Virus record (IMG/VR): IMGVR_UViG_641736147_000004
Coordinates: 40,088 to 104,087 of that record
Length of the DNA: 64,000 nt
Origin: a virus
Taxonomy: Duplodnaviria; Caudoviricetes
Strand: one strand, 5' to 3'
A program made the position numbers and the translations under genes. Below, one piece after another: positions 21,478 to 31,077 of the stretch (position 1 is its first letter; each line of letters starts with the position of its first letter). Below the pieces are notes generated by a model, which had not been told where the DNA came from, searched no databases, and saw only the letters and a list, made by a program, of their open reading frames with translations.

Positions 21478-22134
21478 TTATAATTCTATATAGAGTTCAC
21501 TATTTTCTTTTATAACATTAATATTTCTATTTTCTAATTTATATTTATCTGTTTGGGTAAATAAAATTATATCTTTTTTTATTATTTCTTCTTCATCCAT
21601 ATAACTAAAATCCATTTTATAAATGTTATATTTAAAAAATATATTAATTATCGGGTTTATATAAAATAAATTATTTTTTATATATACATATCCTATAAGA
21701 ATCCAAAGTATTAAAAACTGACAAAGTCCTGAAATAGTATTTAGATTTAATGTAATGAAAGGGAAGATATACGCTGAAAAATAAGTTAATACATATTCAT
21801 AATTTAAATTATTTATCTTTAAAATTTTAATTGTAAATGTTTCATCAGAATACTTATTTATTTCATTTAACATTTTTTTTACTAATAAAAATGATATTAT
21901 AATTAAAATTATACAAATTATTATTAGGTATGTTTCCAAATATTTAAAAAAACTTTTTATTACAAATACTTTAGAACCCTTGATTGCAAAATTAATTTTG
22001 ATATTATCATTAATAAGTTTATTATATAACGAACTTATATTTTGAATAAAAATAATCAAATATAATGGCACATAAGATGATATAAACAATACTATTTCAT
22101 TTCTAACTTTCGAATTTTTAAACATATACCACAC
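21478..22134 (-). CDS. kwaA: Kiwa defence system membrane protein KwaA-like
   Basis: LFISSYVPLYLII, YIFPF and LFYINPI motifs; several TM segments; adjacent to KwaB-like gene. Confidence 0.75.
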   Translation of the reverse strand: MWYMFKNSKVRNEIVLFISSYVPLYLIIFIQNISSLYNKLINDNIKINFAIKGSKVFVIKSFFKYLETYLIIICIILIIISFLLVKKMLNEINKYSDETFTIKILKINNLNYEYVLTYFSAYIFPFITLNLNTISGLCQFLILWILIGYVYIKNNLFYINPIINIFFKYNIYKMDFSYMDEEEIIKKDIILFTQTDKYKLENRNINVIKENSELYIEL

Positions 22135-22153
22135 CTTCCACTTTTAGTTGAAT

Positions 22154-23092
22154 TTAACTTATTTTCTTAACACTAGATGCAAAATACCTTTCTCTATCTA
22201 CCGCATCTTTTACACAACATCCACAAATCAGTTTCATAACATCTGTTATTCTACAATCCTTTTTCGAATATTGTATTTTATTATTTTCAATTTTTACTTT
22301 TAAATTATATTCATTTATAACTTGTTGAGCTGATATCATATTATCTTTTAACCAATGCAACCTATCATTTTTAACGACATACACCAATTTCTTCACAAGA
22401 TTCCCACTATCTAAACATCTATCTGAAAAATCATCAAAATTTTCTATTACATCTTCTTGTTTTAATTGGCTTAAAGAATTGTTTACATATTTTCTATATT
22501 CCTCTTTGAATCCGAACATCGTTTCAAAATAATATCTATTTGTAATATATGCAACTCCATTTATTTCAATCACATCAATTTTTAAGTCTAAAGAAAATAT
22601 GTCTTGTTTATATTCTTCTACATTACCATTAACAAAACTTAACTTTTTATTTTCATTTATGTTTTTTGAAACAGAATATTTTCTAAAGGCTATGAGTTTT
22701 TCATTTCTATCATTTTTTAAAACTATAGCGTATCCCCATATCTTGTTTATATCAACATCTATTTCTGAAGCTTTTTTAGAATTAATATTATTGCTAAGTT
22801 TTTTAAATATGCTCATATTTTTTATATCATTAGAATTTATTTTTTCTATACAATCATCTTCATGAATTACTACATCATAATCACTAATCATATAATTTCC
22901 ATATTTATTAAGTGATTTTTTATATCCTTCTATTAATGATTCTTTAAGCTCTTTTCCCATATTACAATAAAAAGAATCATATATCACTTGCTTTGATTTA
23001 TCGCTCTCTTTTGTAATATAATAAATTTGGAATTTATTATTAAAACAATTAAAGAAATTATCTAATGAACTTTTTATTACATTATTACACAT
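22154..23092 (-). CDS. kwaB: Kiwa defence system KwaB-like (DUF4868) protein
   Basis: 312 aa; WGYAIVL...AFRKY...FSLDLKID...FETMFGF pattern; paired with KwaA-like gene. Confidence 0.75.
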   Translation of the reverse strand: MCNNVIKSSLDNFFNCFNNKFQIYYITKESDKSKQVIYDSFYCNMGKELKESLIEGYKKSLNKYGNYMISDYDVVIHEDDCIEKINSNDIKNMSIFKKLSNNINSKKASEIDVDINKIWGYAIVLKNDRNEKLIAFRKYSVSKNINENKKLSFVNGNVEEYKQDIFSLDLKIDVIEINGVAYITNRYYFETMFGFKEEYRKYVNNSLSQLKQEDVIENFDDFSDRCLDSGNLVKKLVYVVKNDRLHWLKDNMISAQQVINEYNLKVKIENNKIQYSKKDCRITDVMKLICGCCVKDAVDRERYFASSVKKIS

Positions 23093-23221
23093 AATTATCC
23101 CTCCATTTTTTTATTTTACAAGGATAATTATACATGTTATTTGATAATTTTTCATTATATACCTTATTATTTAACATTATTACAGTTTATCTCATAAATT
23201 AGTTATTTCTTCGCATAACAA

Positions 23222-23252
23222 AAAGAACTACCTTACCATAAAGTAGTTCTTT
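23222..23252. terminator. Terminator, family B copy 2
   Basis: aaagaactaccttaccataaagtagttcttt, one mismatch to copy 1. Confidence 0.8.
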
Positions 23253-23266
23253 ACATATATTCATAT

Positions 23267-23719
23267 TTAATTTTGGTCTTCGGTAGCTTTAGTATATGCA
23301 CTTTCATTTCTAGCACTAGGCTGATTTAGTTCTAGTATTTCATCTATGGAAAATTTAATTATATCTATTTTTCCACCATTTTTTTCATATTCTGTATATG
23401 CACTCTGTATGTCTAAAAGTTGAGACGGCTTAATCCTTCTATGATCTTCTACTAAAAAATCTTCTAGTCTCTTATCATTTTCTAAAATATATAATCCATC
23501 TAATTTTACAAAACTTTGTTTCCAAAACGGTGGCTTATAATATTCAATATTCTTATTAGATTTAAACCCTACCTTATATTGTTTTCCATTTAAACTGGAT
23601 ACATTTAACATTTGTATGTATTCATCATTTACGCTCATAATTAAAAAAGTTCTAGGATAATTATGCATTCCGCCATCTGCATAATTTAATTCTAACCATA
23701 ATCCTTGCCCAGTCTTCAT
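23267..23719 (-). CDS. Putative PemK/MazF-like toxin partner of Panacea antitoxin
   Basis: GQGLWLELNYADG...PRTFLIM...NVSS...SFVKLD; start MKTGQ overlaps antitoxin stop (TAATG). Confidence 0.6.
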   Translation of the reverse strand: MKTGQGLWLELNYADGGMHNYPRTFLIMSVNDEYIQMLNVSSLNGKQYKVGFKSNKNIEYYKPPFWKQSFVKLDGLYILENDKRLEDFLVEDHRRIKPSQLLDIQSAYTEYEKNGGKIDIIKFSIDEILELNQPSARNESAYTKATEDQN

Positions 23720-24387
23720 TAATAAATAATCAATCCTTGTGTAGAATCCATACACACTGTGTAAGCTATATCATCAGCAGGGAATCTTTCTAATGTTTGA
23801 CGGATATTACTATCAGTAATATTAACTTCATTGGGATCATAATAAAATTTAACGCCATTTACCTCTATACATTCTTCATCACTTACATTGCAATCTTCAT
23901 AAGCTGATAATATTTCTCTTATTAAATTTAAATCACATTGATAATTATTAACTATTTCATCAATCGGTATAATACCATCTTGTTTGTCATAGTTACCATT
24001 ACCTCTTTTTGATTTCTCGTAATGATCTTTCCAACAGGAATGTTCATGTGTTAATTGTGATAATTCCCTAGCGTCAACTTGTCCAAAAATATTGCTTGTA
24101 ATATTTAAAACTTCCTCTTCTTCATCTGCTAGAGTAATTGAGGACTTTCGTGCTGTTTGTATAAAATTATTATAATTGTTATGATATTCTTGTCGTACAT
24201 TTTCAACTACCACACCATGTTTAAATGCAGATAAATTATCATTAAATAAAACTCTATCTCTTTTCACTAAACTGATTAATTGTGCAAAATATAAAAGCTT
24301 ATTCAACTTCATATTACCATTTCTTGTATCGCAGGGTTCATAGCCATTTTTAATAAACCATTTTGCAACGTCAATAGCTTGACACAT
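23719..24387 (-). CDS. Panacea (DUF4065/SocA-like) antitoxin with C-terminal extension
   Basis: NMKLNKLLYFAQ...LFNDNLSAFKHGVVV...LSQLTHEHSCW. Confidence 0.85.
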   Translation of the reverse strand: MCQAIDVAKWFIKNGYEPCDTRNGNMKLNKLLYFAQLISLVKRDRVLFNDNLSAFKHGVVVENVRQEYHNNYNNFIQTARKSSITLADEEEEVLNITSNIFGQVDARELSQLTHEHSCWKDHYEKSKRGNGNYDKQDGIIPIDEIVNNYQCDLNLIREILSAYEDCNVSDEECIEVNGVKFYYDPNEVNITDSNIRQTLERFPADDIAYTVCMDSTQGLIIY

Positions 24388-24549
24388 AGTTTAATACCCC
24401 CTTAACGTTATTAAATGTTGTTAATTTTTTAAAACCAGAAATAAATATCTAGTTTTATATATAGAATACGGTACATCTATAATCAAAATAATAATTATTT
24501 TAAGTCATAATAATAATACCTATTAATAACTCCATTGTCAAATTATTCT

Positions 24550-24670
24550 TAAACTGCACACCAAATGACATACTCCAAATAGACTAAACCCAATAACCCA
24601 ACATTATATAACCAATCTATTTTTACGCAATAAAAAAATAACTACTTAACTCAAAGTAGTTATTTCAATT
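24550..24670 (+). repeat. ~120-bp direct repeat copy 2 (HTH gene remnant plus family B terminator)
   Basis: aactgcacaccaaatgacatactccaaatagactaa still encodes NCTPNDILQID*. Confidence 0.85.
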
Positions 24671-24704
24671 TACATATTACATATCATATAATACATATCG
24701 GTCT

Positions 24705-25247
24705 TTAGTTATTTTCTTCACCTTTTCGTATTCCTATAGCAACTTCACTAAATGATTGTTTCGTATATGTATACTCTATACATTTTTTCTCTAGTAGTTT
24801 AAAATTGCAACATCTTTTATTAATATGTGGCTTAGTCTTAGAATTAACAATACTATACAATACTTCTGCTTTTCTTTTGATATTTTTCTTGTTCCTATTG
24901 ATATACCTTAATTGATTAAATAATAAGTTCTTATACTTTTCTTCTTGATTGTTAATATCAAATAACATCAGCTCATTATTATCAACAGGAATCATATTAT
25001 TTAAGTTAATTACGCCTAATTCGCCATTGTGTATTTTAACGCAGTCAATTTGGTTGTCATTGATTTTTTTATGCTTTTCTTTTGGTGACGACATAGGAGC
25101 AAAGTAGTTAAAACCATGTGTATGTACTACTATTCCAATGTATTTTCTTATATTGCCATTCATCTTTTGGTTAAAGTCCACATTCTTGTCAAACTGTCTT
25201 AAATAATTGATGTACTCTTTTTTAATTAAATAAATTTTTATCCCCAT
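24705..25247 (-). CDS. Type III TA toxin, ToxN/AbiQ family endoribonuclease
   Basis: YINYLRQFD...RKYIGIV...YFAPMSSPK...LGVINLNNMIPV; start MGIK at 25247. Confidence 0.9.
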   Translation of the reverse strand: MGIKIYLIKKEYINYLRQFDKNVDFNQKMNGNIRKYIGIVVHTHGFNYFAPMSSPKEKHKKINDNQIDCVKIHNGELGVINLNNMIPVDNNELMLFDINNQEEKYKNLLFNQLRYINRNKKNIKRKAEVLYSIVNSKTKPHINKRCCNFKLLEKKCIEYTYTKQSFSEVAIGIRKGEENN

Positions 25248-25261
25248 ATTATCCCTCATTA

Positions 25262-25294
25262 ATAAAAATGTGGGCAAAATCACTCGCCCACATT
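25262..25294 (-). terminator. Type III TA internal terminator
   Basis: AATGTGGGC...GCCCACATT plus U tract between RNA repeats and toxin. Confidence 0.85.
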
Positions 25295-25296
25295 CT

Positions 25297-25420
25297 CTGT
25301 TTACTCCTCATTTATACAGTAGAGGTTCACTGACTTGTATTAATCTCTCTATTTTACGGTTGAGAATTACCGACTTTAATTAATTCCTCATTTATACAGT
25401 AGAGGTTCACTGACTTTTTT
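25297..25420 (-). ncRNA. Type III RNA antitoxin: three ~40-nt pseudoknot repeats (A-B-A)
   Basis: Identical 32-nt units at 25305-25336 and 25385-25416; variant at 25344-25376 with compensatory changes; promoter TTGACT-N16-TATACT at 25492-25519. Confidence 0.88.
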
Positions 25421-25618
25421 CTATATTCGATATATAATGTACATAGTTGCAATATTTTTGATTGTTGCCCTCCCCTATATACATCATATATAGTATAGCA
25501 TAACTAATACAAAAGTCAATAAATAATTGTCTATATTGTAAATAAATTACACAATAAGGAATATAATATTAATATTAATAACATATTCCTTAGTCTACAA
25601 TTTATTTTGCGTAGTTAA

Positions 25619-25652
25619 AAAGAACTACCATATCCTTATACAGTAGTTCTTT
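25619..25652. terminator. Terminator, family B copy 4
   Basis: AAAGAACTAC...GTAGTTCTTT. Confidence 0.75.
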
Positions 25653-25669
25653 CGTGATATACTATTAGA

Positions 25670-25837
25670 TTAAATAATAGTATTAAATGTATGTTTTATC
25701 TCATTATTAGTAGTATTTAATAATTTTTTATTATTAACCTTGCTCTGTTGTACGCAATCATCTAATAGTTGTTTCATATCTTGCAAGACATGGCAAATTT
25801 CTTCTTGAACAATCTGTCTCACTTGTTCTTCATTCAT
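25670..25837 (-). CDS. Small hypothetical protein (55 aa)
   Basis: Start MNEEQ after GGAGG. Confidence 0.55.
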   Translation of the reverse strand: MNEEQVRQIVQEEICHVLQDMKQLLDDCVQQSKVNNKKLLNTTNNEIKHTFNTII

Positions 25838-25906
25838 TGTACATATCCTCCATAATATATTTACTATTATAATATCATATGATTGGCTAATTTTCAATAT
25901 TTCCCA

Positions 25907-25943
25907 TAACAAAAACACCTAATATATTTAAATACTAGGAGTT
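25907..25943 (-). terminator. Cassette terminator, family A copy 4
   Basis: taacaaaaacacctaatatatttaaatactaggagtt; toxin stop lies in its loop. Confidence 0.75.
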
Positions 25944-26578
25944 CGTATCGCATCTTCTTCCTCTTTGTCTTGTATATAATTTTCATAATTATATATACAC
26001 TCATTACATTTTTCTAACTTTTCGATATTCAACATTTTACTGAGTCTAATACCTATTTCCTCCAATTCATCTTCGCTCACTTCGTTTTCTATTGATTTCC
26101 CATAAAGTGTGCTAATATGCACAAATCTTGCATCACTTAATCTCAATGCTCTATGCCAAACATCACCATTTGGCAATGCCTTAGGTAAATAATAAATATC
26201 ATATACATCTTCACTACGATTAATTATTTTTTCATCTAATTTCTTCAAAGTCTGAATTGGTATAACAAATACATTATCATGATATTGTTTTGAAAATTCT
26301 ATATCTTGAAAAATTAACACTGGTCTAGATTTAGCTCTAGATACTACCAAAATATCCTCTTTCGCTTTAGTATGACCATTATTATCTTTAACGGGTACAA
26401 ATCCATCATTTTTAAATATTAATTTGCCTGAAGCCTTACATCCTTCTTCTTTATTAATAAATAATTCTTCTTGTTTTGATGTATCATCAAATTCAAAGAA
26501 ACCTAATGGATTATGTTCAATAAATTCAAATCCCGTTAAAACTATAGAATTATTTTTTAAATTGTTAAAGTTAAACAT
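25928..26578 (-). CDS. Extended PemK/MazF-like toxin
   Basis: AKSRPVLIFQ...VFVIPIQT...LSDARFVHISTL...VSEDELEEI; SD AGGAGG. Confidence 0.65.
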   Translation of the reverse strand: MFNFNNLKNNSIVLTGFEFIEHNPLGFFEFDDTSKQEELFINKEEGCKASGKLIFKNDGFVPVKDNNGHTKAKEDILVVSRAKSRPVLIFQDIEFSKQYHDNVFVIPIQTLKKLDEKIINRSEDVYDIYYLPKALPNGDVWHRALRLSDARFVHISTLYGKSIENEVSEDELEEIGIRLSKMLNIEKLEKCNECIYNYENYIQDKEEEDAIRTPSI

Positions 26579-26595
26579 ACTGTCCTCCTAATATA

Positions 26596-26856
26596 CTACA
26601 TCTCTTTAAAATCATCATCTTGGTCAAAAAACATATCTAAGTATGTATCATCATCATATAAAGAATCTTCTTTTATTTTCATTCTTTCTTCTTTTGTAAG
26701 AGGTAGCGATTGTTTCTGTTGTACCTTCTTTTTGTAATCAAATAAATTAATTACCTTACTCATAATTATCACCCCATTATTTGTGACTATTTTTTTCCAT
26801 TTATAATTAACAGATATATTTTTCTTATTAGAACTTGTCCATTTCTCTATCTTCAT
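26596..26856 (-). CDS. Putative antitoxin with MKIEKWTS leader (internal start 26763)
   Basis: Two in-frame SD-ATG pairs; acidic tail DDDTYLDMFFDQDDDF. Confidence 0.7.
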   Translation of the reverse strand: MKIEKWTSSNKKNISVNYKWKKIVTNNGVIIMSKVINLFDYKKKVQQKQSLPLTKEERMKIKEDSLYDDDTYLDMFFDQDDDFKEM

Positions 26857-27021
26857 TTTAACACCCCTTATACCCTATTTCAATTAAAATATGTTATATT
26901 AACCTACATTTTACATATAATTATTTTAGTCAATATATATACATTAACTAATTTAAAATAAACACACTTATATTTTACCATATTTTGTAATTGGGAGATA
27001 AGGGTAATTTACACTTTTAGC

Positions 27022-27063
27022 TAACAAAAATAACTACTTAATTAAAAGTAGTTATTTTTGTTG
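27022..27063. terminator. Terminator, family B copy 5 (downstream of C3)
   Basis: ACAAAAATAACTACTT...AAGTAGTTATTTTTGT. Confidence 0.8.
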
Positions 27064-27144
27064 TTATGTGCTCCTATAATTTTTCTTACTTCAAGATGCT
27101 AAATCTTTTATTTAGCATAACTATATTTTATTTATTTTTATAAA

Positions 27145-27879
27145 CTATTTAAATATCATTGCTGTAATCATAATTTGTCTATTATTGCGAGATATTTGCA
27201 TATCACTTATATAATAACTATTATTTCTAGGAAGCAACACTTCGAGCTGTCCTGGGAAATAGCTAATAGGGTCTATATACCCTCCTTTTGATCCATTAGT
27301 TACTTTAAATTTAGTAACAATTGGTCTTCCTCCAAATTGCGCACTCATTAATGAAGTACTAATATATCCATATTCTGTTCTATCTTTTTTTAAAAATTTC
27401 GCTTTAACTTGTTCAAAAACATCTCTATTAATTGTTCCATCTTTATTAAGAATTTTATCTTGAAATTCTGGACCTAAATAAGCAGGGTCATCACCTCTAA
27501 AAAGAATAATATTTTGAGGAATCTTCATCTTACTAAAAGATTGATCTATTAATTTAACTTTTTGTAATATGTCAGAAGATAATCCATTCTCATTTCCTTG
27601 ATTTGCTCTTAATGGTCCATTGATCTTACTTGCATCTCTTGTATAAAATTTTATAGCTTCTTGTTCAGGTTTACTTAGGCCATATTTTTTATATTGAGCA
27701 TTTCCCCATTTTTTGGCTTCCTCAACATTAGTAAATTCTGTGAAAGTATCTGCATATGAACCTTTATCAAAAGTACAAGCATAACATTTTTGAGGACTTT
27801 GAACTATACTCGTTGTTACCGGAGCTATTACCCCTGCTGATAGAACTAAACATAAAATTGACTTTCTTATCCCTTTCAT
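27145..27879 (-). CDS. C3 exoenzyme, Rho ADP-ribosyltransferase (C3bot2-type)
   Basis: Recognised sequence MKGIRKSILCLVLSAGVIAPVTTS...; catalytic R (LFRGD), STS and QLE motifs. Confidence 0.97.
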   Translation of the reverse strand: MKGIRKSILCLVLSAGVIAPVTTSIVQSPQKCYACTFDKGSYADTFTEFTNVEEAKKWGNAQYKKYGLSKPEQEAIKFYTRDASKINGPLRANQGNENGLSSDILQKVKLIDQSFSKMKIPQNIILFRGDDPAYLGPEFQDKILNKDGTINRDVFEQVKAKFLKKDRTEYGYISTSLMSAQFGGRPIVTKFKVTNGSKGGYIDPISYFPGQLEVLLPRNNSYYISDMQISRNNRQIMITAMIFK

Positions 27880-28191
27880 AAAACCCCTCCTAAACTAAAC
27901 TAAATTTATATATATATATTACCATATATTAACATTTTGTAAATAGCTTATTGCAACTTTTTAAATATATTTATTTCTATATAAAAATTATTTTAATAAT
28001 TTATTATGAGTACATAATCTATTTTAAAATACTTTTAGTTAATATTAAATATTAATGATAGTACAATTATATTTTTTTACAGAATAATACTATATTTTTC
28101 CTTTTATAAATTTTATTTTTCACTATATTTTAGATTATATCTTAATAAATTTTAATAATTGATTTTCTTGAAACCCTTGATATATATAGAA

Positions 28192-28237
28192 CGAACAAAT
28201 GTTTAGTATTGACATATTCCTATATTTATTATATAAT
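28192..28237 (+). promoter_or_regulatory. Consensus sigmaA promoter with adjacent SOS-box-like site
   Basis: CGAACAAATGTTTA at 28192-28205; TTGACA(28209)-N17-TATAAT(28232). Confidence 0.65.
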
Positions 28238-28442
28238 TTTCATTGTAAAAGTTATGTCAAATATCGTATCAATTACGACATTTACTGTTGACTATAAACA
28301 ACAACTTTTATCTTAAAATCGAACAAGCTACAGATAGAAAATAAATTATCTTATTATATTTATAAAAATTCCATAATAAAAAAGAAGATCATCAGTGTGC
28401 GAGACTGACAATCTTCTAATATTTTTGTTGTTGAATATGTTG

Positions 28443-28898
28443 TTACATTGGTGAGCATTGAATTATTGTAAATACGTTACATTTACGTATGTTAAATTTA
28501 TTTAATAGTTCAAACCAACTCCATTTATTATACTTGAAAATTTCAATAAATAAATTAAACTCTTCAGGTGTAAACAACTGTAAAAATTTTTCTTCCATTA
28601 ACATTTTTAATTTTGTATACTGTTTAGACTTGTACGCTTGTTCTATAGCTTTTACGTTTACATCTCCTCTTAAGTTATTTTCTAATAAATAATTTCTTAA
28701 TTTATATAATGCTATAATTGATTCTCCTAGTGAGCTATCGTCTAGTAAATATTCCTCGAATAAACAATTAGATAATTCATCTATTACTAAAAATGTTTTC
28801 ATTGCAAGTGTTCTTTTATTTAAGTATTTATCTACTATTGTATTATTAGTTTTTGGTTTGCTTTTAATTTCTGGAGTATTATTTTTTTTATATTCCAT
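28443..28898 (-). CDS. Hypothetical protein
   Basis: 151-aa ORF with SD. Confidence 0.55.
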   Translation of the reverse strand: MEYKKNNTPEIKSKPKTNNTIVDKYLNKRTLAMKTFLVIDELSNCLFEEYLLDDSSLGESIIALYKLRNYLLENNLRGDVNVKAIEQAYKSKQYTKLKMLMEEKFLQLFTPEEFNLFIEIFKYNKWSWFELLNKFNIRKCNVFTIIQCSPM

Positions 28899-29075
28899 TA
28901 CATATTCCTTCCCCTCTTTAGCTTTTTAATAAAATAGTTAACCATTAATCCCCCTTTTTTTCATATATTTATCATAATATATTATCTACTACACCAACTA
29001 TTATAATATGCGTAAATACAATATTCAAGTCCATAGCTGGGTATAAATTCTTAATGTTCCATATATCGTACATTT

Positions 29076-29636
29076 TTATTCCATATTTTTACACTTGTTT
29101 TTGTCAATTTTTTGAATGTAAAATAAGTCGTGGATGCTCATATTTAATACATATGCTATCTTAACTATATTCATAAAAGTAGCTTTTGAAGGATTTCTTA
29201 TAATATTGTTAAATGTAGTTCTAGGTATCCCTGTTTTTTTACATAATTCAACTTGTGTCATATTCTTTCTTTTCAACGCATATTTCACATTAGATTCTAA
29301 TGTATAATTCCTATAAATAAAATCATATTCATTGCTACACTCCACATCATATCTACTATTATATACTTCTCTTACTATATGACTTTTGTCATCTATTTCC
29401 TCTAATGTATGTAGTATGTCATTCAAATCATTACATATTTTTATGAATCTATCACTTAAATCTTTTTCTATATTACTATTATGTTCTATGTTCTTTTTTA
29501 TCTCTTTAAAAAATTTTTCACTTCCAAGTTTGTTAATGATCTTTTGTACAACATCATCTTCAAAATACTCTAATAATATATTTATTGCTAGTTGTTTAAC
29601 ATCTTTAGATACTATCATCTTATCATTTGCTGTCAT
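29076..29636 (-). CDS. Protein with C-terminal XRE-family HTH
   Basis: MTQVELCKKTGIPRTTFNNII...IVKIAYVLNMSIHDLF. Confidence 0.8.
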   Translation of the reverse strand: MTANDKMIVSKDVKQLAINILLEYFEDDVVQKIINKLGSEKFFKEIKKNIEHNSNIEKDLSDRFIKICNDLNDILHTLEEIDDKSHIVREVYNSRYDVECSNEYDFIYRNYTLESNVKYALKRKNMTQVELCKKTGIPRTTFNNIIRNPSKATFMNIVKIAYVLNMSIHDLFYIQKIDKNKCKNME

Positions 29637-29658
29637 TCATATATCCTCACATTACTAT

Positions 29659-30195
29659 TTAATATGCCTTTTCAATACATTTTTTTATCATATTCTTAGC
29701 ATTTTGTTTATTAAAATTACCCTGTTCATCATTACATGAACCTTCATTCTTTAATATTTCATTTACCCATTTATAATTTATAATATCTTCAATTGAATCT
29801 ACCAATGTAGATGTTATTCCAACTTTTAAATGTTTATGGATATTTTTATTTTGATGATCTTCTTTACATTCTATAAAATAATCATATATATATTCTTTTA
29901 AAAATTTTTCGAACTCATCTATATTTTTCATTGATTGTGAACTATTAGTTTCATCTAAATATAGTATATATTTTGCAAATTTAATTTCATATCTTCCTTT
30001 AACTTCTCTACGCCAAAAGTCTATTATTTTTAAGATATATATAAATCTTATTTTATATTTTTTCTTTTCTGTAAGTTTTCTTTCAATTTGATATTTTATA
30101 AGCCCACCAATCCCCTTGTTTTCTCCATTTCTATTAGCATTTATATATCCATTTATTCTACCCCTGTCCATATGATTATTCCCCTTCTTGTACAC
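29659..30195 (-). CDS. Hypothetical protein
   Basis: ORF track; start uncertain. Confidence 0.55.
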   Translation of the reverse strand: MYKKGNNHMDRGRINGYINANRNGENKGIGGLIKYQIERKLTEKKKYKIRFIYILKIIDFWRREVKGRYEIKFAKYILYLDETNSSQSMKNIDEFEKFLKEYIYDYFIECKEDHQNKNIHKHLKVGITSTLVDSIEDIINYKWVNEILKNEGSCNDEQGNFNKQNAKNMIKKCIEKAY

Positions 30196-30644
30196 TGTTT
30201 TATGGTAAACACTTTACCATCGGTAGTTAAATATGTCAATTTATTTTCTAACTATTTGTAAATATGTAATACATTTCGTATATTGAATTTATTATTCATA
30301 TATATAAATATAATTGCAATATAATTAATTTCATATAACATATTATTTTATTATCATAAACATTTTAAATTTTATTTAAAATTAATGTTATTTTTGTTGC
30401 AATAATTATCTAAAATGGTATAACATAATTAATCGTATCATACATTAGTACTGTATGTTTTAAAAGAACATTGATAGACTACGACTCTGGTTATCAATGT
30501 TCTTTTAATTTTGTATATTTCTATATCTTTAATTGTCATTTATTAAATATTCTAAATTATCTTTATCCAAATATTTTTAATAAAAACACATTACAATATT
30601 TAATATAAAGATAGGACAAACTAATTAGCTTGTCCTAAAATAAA

Positions 30645-31031
30645 TTATTCTGTTGCTTCTTCTTTAGCTATAACTATTGGGGTTTTAAATTCTTTAATTA
30701 CGTTGTCATTAACCTTACTCCATACTTGTTTGTTAATAACATCAAGTTCTTCATCTGTTAAACTTGGAAAATGTGATTTTAATATTCTATCCATTTCGTT
30801 CTTTTTAGCTTCACCAGACTTTATTAGATCCTTGAAATTATGCTCTAATAAAGTGTATACTCCTTCAGCCATATACATTGCATTATTATACACTTCAGCT
30901 TTTCCTTGTTGAATTGCTAAAGCCTTCTTTTTCTTTATAAATGATTGTATTTGTAATGTTAATTGACCTACTAACATTATTACTATAGCAAATATACATT
31001 TTATAATCTCATTTAATAATTGTTCTTTCAT
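30645..31031 (-). CDS. Holin
   Basis: Single N-terminal TM helix, GEAKK motif, directly after endolysin. Confidence 0.7.
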   Translation of the reverse strand: MKEQLLNEIIKCIFAIVIMLVGQLTLQIQSFIKKKKALAIQQGKAEVYNNAMYMAEGVYTLLEHNFKDLIKSGEAKKNEMDRILKSHFPSLTDEELDVINKQVWSKVNDNVIKEFKTPIVIAKEEATE

Positions 31032-31077
31032 ATAAACCTCCTCCTTTTATATGTATGGATTTTAATTGATTTACCTA

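Noticed and set aside
25297-25420. Repeat-spacer-repeat pattern resembling a mini CRISPR array
   Set aside because: The middle unit is a covarying variant of the repeat, and a terminator plus ToxN-like gene follow: type III TA
27145-30600. Botulinum neurotoxin cluster near C3
   Set aside because: No bont, ntnh, ha or botR-like ORF in this window
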